Of a stretch of DNA of 64,000 nucleotides, positions 59,433 through 64,000 are shown piece by piece (positions within the stretch are counted from its first letter, which is position 1; every line of letters begins with the position of its first letter). This DNA comes from Candidatus Methanoperedenaceae archaeon (GTDB lineage: Archaea > Halobacteriota > Methanosarcinia > Methanosarcinales > Methanoperedenaceae): positions 118,424 through 182,423 of the forward strand of contig CAVWCX010000007.1 in the NCBI GenBank assembly GCA_963753595.1, given 5' to 3'. Under the pieces are notes generated by a model. That model saw only the letters and a list, made by a program, of their open reading frames with translations. It searched no databases and had not been told where the DNA came from. The translations under genes were made by a program, and so were the position numbers.

Positions 59433-59771
59433 ATGGCAAATATGAGCGAAGATGCGCTATTTAAAGCGCTGTTAAAAAATAAACCACCACAGCAGCCGCC
59501 GAAACCTCCGGTTGCGCAAAGTATTCCAAGAGAGGTACCAAGACCATCTCCTGCAGCCCAGCCTGTAGAAAGATATCCGGTTCAAGAACCTCCGGTCGAA
59601 ACAAAGATAACACCTGTTGTTAAGCCAGCCAATCTGGAGCCTGTAGTAGATTCAATAAACCGCCTTAATTCAAGCGTAAATATGATTTACGGGCTGATGA
59701 AAAATGTCATTGTGCCAGTGCTGATATTGACATTGGTCATCTCAATTGCTATATTTGTAAATAGCAAATAA
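59433..59771 (+). CDS. Pro-rich protein with C-terminal TM anchor
   Basis: PPQQPPKPP linker, helical segment, TM helix. Confidence 0.7.
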   Translation: MANMSEDALFKALLKNKPPQQPPKPPVAQSIPREVPRPSPAAQPVERYPVQEPPVETKITPVVKPANLEPVVDSINRLNSSVNMIYGLMKNVIVPVLILTLVISIAIFVNSK

Positions 59772-59774
59772 TAT

Positions 59775-60398
59775 TCAATTTGAATATTGTGATGCCATCA
59801 ACAATGACAATTTGATCTGGTCATTTGCGTTGTTCATTACAATATCTCCATGTCCTGGATACATTATCTTAACATCAAGGAGTGTAAGCTTTTTTATTGA
59901 TCCGATCAATTGGGAAGAGTCACCCCCATAAAGGTCTGTGCGCCCGAAACTTCCATCCTGGAAAACGGTGTCACCGGAAAAAAGGGTTTTGGATATTGGA
60001 TCATAAAGACAGATTCCTCCCGGGGTATGACCCGGTGTATGGATAATTTCAAGATCCCCAAATTTCTCACCACCCGCAAGAAGGATATCAGGCACGATAA
60101 TGGGGGCTTTTTTTCCGAATAAGCGTGAAGCGCTCGCATCCGGATTTCCAAGGAGCAAAGCATCATTTTTATGAACTGCTATTTTTGCGCCAGTTGCTCT
60201 GGCAACACCTTCTGCCCCGCCTGAATGATCATAATGGCAGTGTGTAAGGATTATTATTTCCAGTTCATTCAGGGCTATATGTTTCCCAAGTTCAGAAATA
60301 ATTTCACTGCTATCCATTCCCACATCTATGAGTATTGTTCCATTTACAAGGTATGCATTGGCATCATAGGGAGAATTATTTATTTTAATGACTTGCAT
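59775..60398 (-). CDS. Metallo-beta-lactamase-fold hydrolase
   Basis: THCHYDH, TPGHT, SGD, PGHG. Confidence 0.92.
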   Translation of the reverse strand: MQVIKINNSPYDANAYLVNGTILIDVGMDSSEIISELGKHIALNELEIIILTHCHYDHSGGAEGVARATGAKIAVHKNDALLLGNPDASASRLFGKKAPIIVPDILLAGGEKFGDLEIIHTPGHTPGGICLYDPISKTLFSGDTVFQDGSFGRTDLYGGDSSQLIGSIKKLTLLDVKIMYPGHGDIVMNNANDQIKLSLLMASQYSN

Positions 60399-60482
60399 AA
60401 TCAGTCATATAATGCAAATTCATTTAAGACTTTGTGTCTTTGCTTTGTTAATGTGGATTTTTGCATGAAACGGATATGATTT

Positions 60483-60908
60483 ATGAAACAACCTGAAAGT
60501 GCAATGGATTGCGATATTGAACAATGCAGATCGCTTTGCTGCCACAACTGCGCCGTCCTGACAAAAGCGCAAGTTTCTGGATTGATCACAAATGTCAATA
60601 AGCAGTATTCCCTGGAACTTGAACCCAAAAAATATTTCAGGGAGGTAAAAGGGGAACGTGGCATATATTATGCTACTAAAATGATCAAAGGACGGTGCAT
60701 CTTTTTAAATAAGGAGAACCGCTGCCGCATTTATTTGTGCCGCCCCACATTATGTAAATTATACCCTGTTATTGACATTGATAAGGTGGATGAGCGATGC
60801 CCTATGGTAAATATCCTGGCGGCTGAGGTGCTTGCTGGTTTGAAGCGAAGGTATGCTGAAGAGATCGATGAGGATATAAAAGCTGAACAGACATTCCTGT
60901 TCGTTTGA
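60483..60908 (+). CDS. YkgJ-family cysteine-cluster protein
   Basis: CEQC..CC, CIFL....CRIY..RP..C..YP. Confidence 0.85.
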   Translation: MKQPESAMDCDIEQCRSLCCHNCAVLTKAQVSGLITNVNKQYSLELEPKKYFREVKGERGIYYATKMIKGRCIFLNKENRCRIYLCRPTLCKLYPVIDIDKVDERCPMVNILAAEVLAGLKRRYAEEIDEDIKAEQTFLFV

Positions 60909-60909
60909 T

Positions 60910-61065
60910 TCACATTTTCTCAAACATTTCTTTTCCCACACCGCACTGGGGGCATACCCAGTCATCAGGCAAATCCTCAAATGCAGTTCCTGGTTTGATG
61001 TTCGGGGAATCCCCCACTTCGGGATTGTAAACATATCCGCATACTGTACAAGTATATTTGTCCAT
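60910..61065 (-). CDS. Rubredoxin
   Basis: Manual: [51 protein letters not shown]; RBS GGAGG. Confidence 0.96.
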   Translation of the reverse strand: MDKYTCTVCGYVYNPEVGDSPNIKPGTAFEDLPDDWVCPQCGVGKEMFEKM

Positions 61066-61153
61066 TTTGTCCTCCCTTAATTACTTGATATATGGAAAAT
61101 TATTTCATTATGATAAATAAGTATTGTTATTATAGTATAATGGGAGAGATCAA

Positions 61154-62362
61154 ATGACAAAAATCGAATTAGCAACAGGAGTTTACTGGGTTGGCGCAAT
61201 TGACTGGAACCTTCGGGATTTCCATGGATACACAACTCTTCGGGGAGCGACATACAACGCATACCTTATAGTTGACGAAAAAATCGCTCTTGTTGATACT
61301 GTAAAATATGGTTTTGCAGATGAAATGCTGGGCCGGATAAGGGAAATCATTGATCCGGCAAAGATCGATTATGTAATTTCAAACCATGTGGAAATGGACC
61401 ATTCCGGTTCACTTCCCGATATTATGAAAATTGTTCCCGAAGCACAGCTCATCTGCTCGGAAAAAGGAAAGGAAGGGCTGATCAGGCATTTCAGATCAAT
61501 GTGGAATTTCAAGACAGTCAAAACCGGGGATGAGTTAAAACTTGGCAAGAAAACCCTTTCATTTATTAATGCGTCAATGCTTCATTGGCCTGACAATATG
61601 TTCACATACCTCAAAGAGGATAAAATACTTCTTTCCAATGATGGTTTCGGCCAGCATCTTGCCTCATCTTTCAGGTTTGATGAGGATGTTTGCAGTCTTA
61701 CCGGGTATGATTGCGATACTGTGATGGAGGAAGCTGCAAAATATTATGCCAATATCCTCATGCCATTTGGCGGAGTTATCCTTAAGAAAATCGAGGAGGT
61801 CCAGAAACTCGGCATCGAAATAAAGATGATCGCACCTTCGCATGGAATGATCTGGACTAATCCCGGAAAGATAATCGATGCTTATCTTAAATGGGCAAAA
61901 GGCGAGTCAAAGCAGAAAGTACTGGTCATTTATGATACAATGTGGCAAAGTACTGAGACCATGGCAAATGAGATATTAAGAGGAGTTTCAGATTCAGGGA
62001 TTGAAGTGTCTCTTTTTAACCTTCGAAAGACAGATTGGAGCGAAATAGTACGGGAAGTCCTTGAAGCAAAGGCAATTCTTATTGGCTCACCTACGTTGAA
62101 TAACGGAATGTTCCCATCTGTGGGAGGATTTTTAACCTACCTTATGGGACTTCGCCCCAAAAATAAACTCTGGGCGGCATTTGGTTCCTTCGGCTGGGCT
62201 GGCGGGGCTGTCAAGGCTGTCAATGAGAAATTAAAATCGGGTGGATGTGAACCCATTGAATCGATTGAAGTGAATTTCAGGCCGGATGAGCAGGATTTAG
62301 AAAAGTGCTATGCTCTGGGGCAAAAAATAGCTTCGATGGTAAAAGCTAACGCAGCTGCATGA
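61154..62362 (+). CDS. fprA: Flavodiiron protein (FprA)
   Basis: NHVEMDH, LHWPD, APSHG, flavodoxin domain FGSFGW. Confidence 0.93.
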   Translation: MTKIELATGVYWVGAIDWNLRDFHGYTTLRGATYNAYLIVDEKIALVDTVKYGFADEMLGRIREIIDPAKIDYVISNHVEMDHSGSLPDIMKIVPEAQLICSEKGKEGLIRHFRSMWNFKTVKTGDELKLGKKTLSFINASMLHWPDNMFTYLKEDKILLSNDGFGQHLASSFRFDEDVCSLTGYDCDTVMEEAAKYYANILMPFGGVILKKIEEVQKLGIEIKMIAPSHGMIWTNPGKIIDAYLKWAKGESKQKVLVIYDTMWQSTETMANEILRGVSDSGIEVSLFNLRKTDWSEIVREVLEAKAILIGSPTLNNGMFPSVGGFLTYLMGLRPKNKLWAAFGSFGWAGGAVKAVNEKLKSGGCEPIESIEVNFRPDEQDLEKCYALGQKIASMVKANAAA

Positions 62363-62492
62363 GCTGGGGTCTTAGGAAATGAAGCTTGTAGCGAAGGCAT
62401 TTCTCGAAAGTATCCCCTGAGAAATCGCATGGTTCAAGGTCGCAAGCCGTGCATTTTTCGGCTGAGAAGAAGGTACATTTTTCAAGTGGCAT
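62346..62492 (-). CDS. 48-aa Cys-rich microprotein
   Basis: Manual: MPLEKCTFFSAEKCTACDLEPCDFSGDTFEKCLRYKLHFLRPQLMQLR (5 Cys). Confidence 0.5.
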   Translation of the reverse strand: MPLEKCTFFSAEKCTACDLEPCDFSGDTFEKCLRYKLHFLRPQLMQLR

Positions 62493-62545
62493 ATTTATCT
62501 GTCTGATATGATATTGGATAATAGTAATATTTGTTTCGGTTGTTG

Positions 62546-62839
62546 TTATAATTCTTTTAGTAACTGCTTTTGGGCAGACATGGCAAGGATGGAATTCACA
62601 AATTTCTTTCCCTCTTCTACATCGTTTACCATTCTGATAGTTACTTTTCCACTTGAAAAGAAATTTGCTTCACGCCTCCCGATACGCACCAACAAAACGC
62701 CCAGACTTTCGGAGTAACGCGCGTCCAGGTTTTCTGCAAGCTCTTTAAGATCTGGCGGGCTATTAAGATGGGCTATAATACGAATTTTCCATGGGTCAGC
62801 AAAGCATGGAAGCACCGCTTCTATACGTTCTACGAACAT
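62546..62839 (-). CDS. Hypothetical protein resembling the N-terminal domain of PCxAD-type (Fe-S)-binding proteins
   Basis: LPCFADPWKIRIIA...FSSGKVTI; RBS AAGGAGA. Confidence 0.7.
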   Translation of the reverse strand: MFVERIEAVLPCFADPWKIRIIAHLNSPPDLKELAENLDARYSESLGVLLVRIGRREANFFSSGKVTIRMVNDVEEGKKFVNSILAMSAQKQLLKEL

Positions 62840-63056
62840 TTCATCTCCTTAAAAGACACCCCACTTATTTTTAACTTGAATCGTCATCAATTTATTCCCT
62901 TTTGTTATTGAATTCTTTATGTATCGTAAATTAACGAAGATAAAATAAGCATATAAGCCTGATATCAAAAATCATTGAATTTTGCTATAAAGTAAGTATT
63001 TTTTATCAACTAAATTTTCTTTATATTTTAACATTGATTTTTAGTCTTATTAAACC

Positions 63057-63998
63057 TCATGCGCCTATCGCTTCATCCAGGCTGTATAGAAATGCTTTAA
63101 GTTCTTTTCCCGGTATGCGTGCTCCTGCTGCAAATGGATGACCTCCTCCTGTCCCGCCATGATCCGGCGCCACACGGCGCAGTATTGTATTTAGATCCGC
63201 ATCACCGTTACGCCTGCGGATACTTATATCATATACATTTTTATGAGACCTGTACTCGCAGGATATCCCTACATCCGCATTCCCGATAGAAGCAGCATAT
63301 ATTGCAGCTTTTGACAGATACCCGTTAATATCCCGGACATAAGCAAGGTTTCTTAATTTCACTACTTTATGCCTGACATCGTCCTTTAACTCCTCTTCCT
63401 TTCTTGAGGCGATGACAGCTGATTCAAGAAGACCCGCAATTTCAGGAGGAGGCAAATCCTCTGAAAGTGCGTCTAATATCCTCCTTTTATAATCATAATC
63501 CCTGCCGACGTGGGTTATTCCCTGGATCAATGTCCCGGCATAGAAATACAACGTTCTCGTATCCCAGTCGCGCTCCCATTTTTTTACAAGAGGCGTCTCG
63601 CTGAAATCACCTATGGCGCCGTAAATTGCTACCCTTCTCATATCCCGGCTCAGTTTATCCTCGAAAGTCCGGAATGCCTGTTCCGAAGATGAATAATTGT
63701 CGTGATGAAACCAGCTTTTGTTATATTTCTTTTCAGGCAGAGGATGATGGTCCAGATATATTAAATTTGATTCGGTATCAAGCTCATTTAATTTAATTTT
63801 CAATTGAGGGAATGTTTTCTCATCGATCGCGATATCGCATATCACAATGTTTTCATAATTCCCGGCAAGATTGTTCAGTTCCCCGAGCAGGCTCACAGGG
63901 CTTGTAAAAAATACAGTGGAATCGGGAAATGCACTTTTGACAATAGCTCCAGCGCAGATACCATCGGAATCGCCATGGGTAAAAATGATCGATCTCAT
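63057..63998 (-). CDS. DHH/DHHA1 phosphoesterase
   Basis: HGDSDG, LDHH, GGGHPFAAGA. Confidence 0.92.
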   Translation of the reverse strand: MRSIIFTHGDSDGICAGAIVKSAFPDSTVFFTSPVSLLGELNNLAGNYENIVICDIAIDEKTFPQLKIKLNELDTESNLIYLDHHPLPEKKYNKSWFHHDNYSSSEQAFRTFEDKLSRDMRRVAIYGAIGDFSETPLVKKWERDWDTRTLYFYAGTLIQGITHVGRDYDYKRRILDALSEDLPPPEIAGLLESAVIASRKEEELKDDVRHKVVKLRNLAYVRDINGYLSKAAIYAASIGNADVGISCEYRSHKNVYDISIRRRNGDADLNTILRRVAPDHGGTGGGHPFAAGARIPGKELKAFLYSLDEAIGA

Positions 63999-64000
63999 CT

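Overview
Archaeal genomic window. eIF6-L31e-L39e, type II Met aminopeptidase, GGTG/GGAGG ribosome-binding sites and TATA promoters point to Methanosarcinales, and the gene content suggests Ca. Methanoperedens (inference). It is mostly housekeeping genes: purM, purB, cimA/ilvBN, class II HMG-CoA reductase, lpdA, peptidases, fprA and rubredoxin. Accessory elements include: (i) the 5' half of an extracellular contractile injection system (sheath, tube, baseplate-like, DUF4255, AAA ATPase) running off the left edge; (ii) a TnpB-only IS200/IS605 element inserted on the eIF6 stop codon, with an IS1182 element inserted in its right-end hairpin loop; (iii) a 198-bp MITE; (iv) two toxin-antitoxin pairs with disarmed toxins; (v) a two-gene protease island; (vi) a decaying NosD/glycine-zipper island. 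The best candidate for an undescribed system is 41.6-45.6 kb: a wHTH gene, an unannotated 29-aa peptide plus UbiA prenyltransferase, and a convergent KaiC-like ATPase/Roadblock/FIST operon, possibly a prenylated-signal sensing circuit. A second KaiC-like locus lies next to a chain of four microproteins, the last being a 29-aa peptide with the same C-terminal motif. Several genes appear to use non-canonical start codons (ACG, ATT, TTA/ATA). No rRNA, tRNA or CRISPR array was seen.
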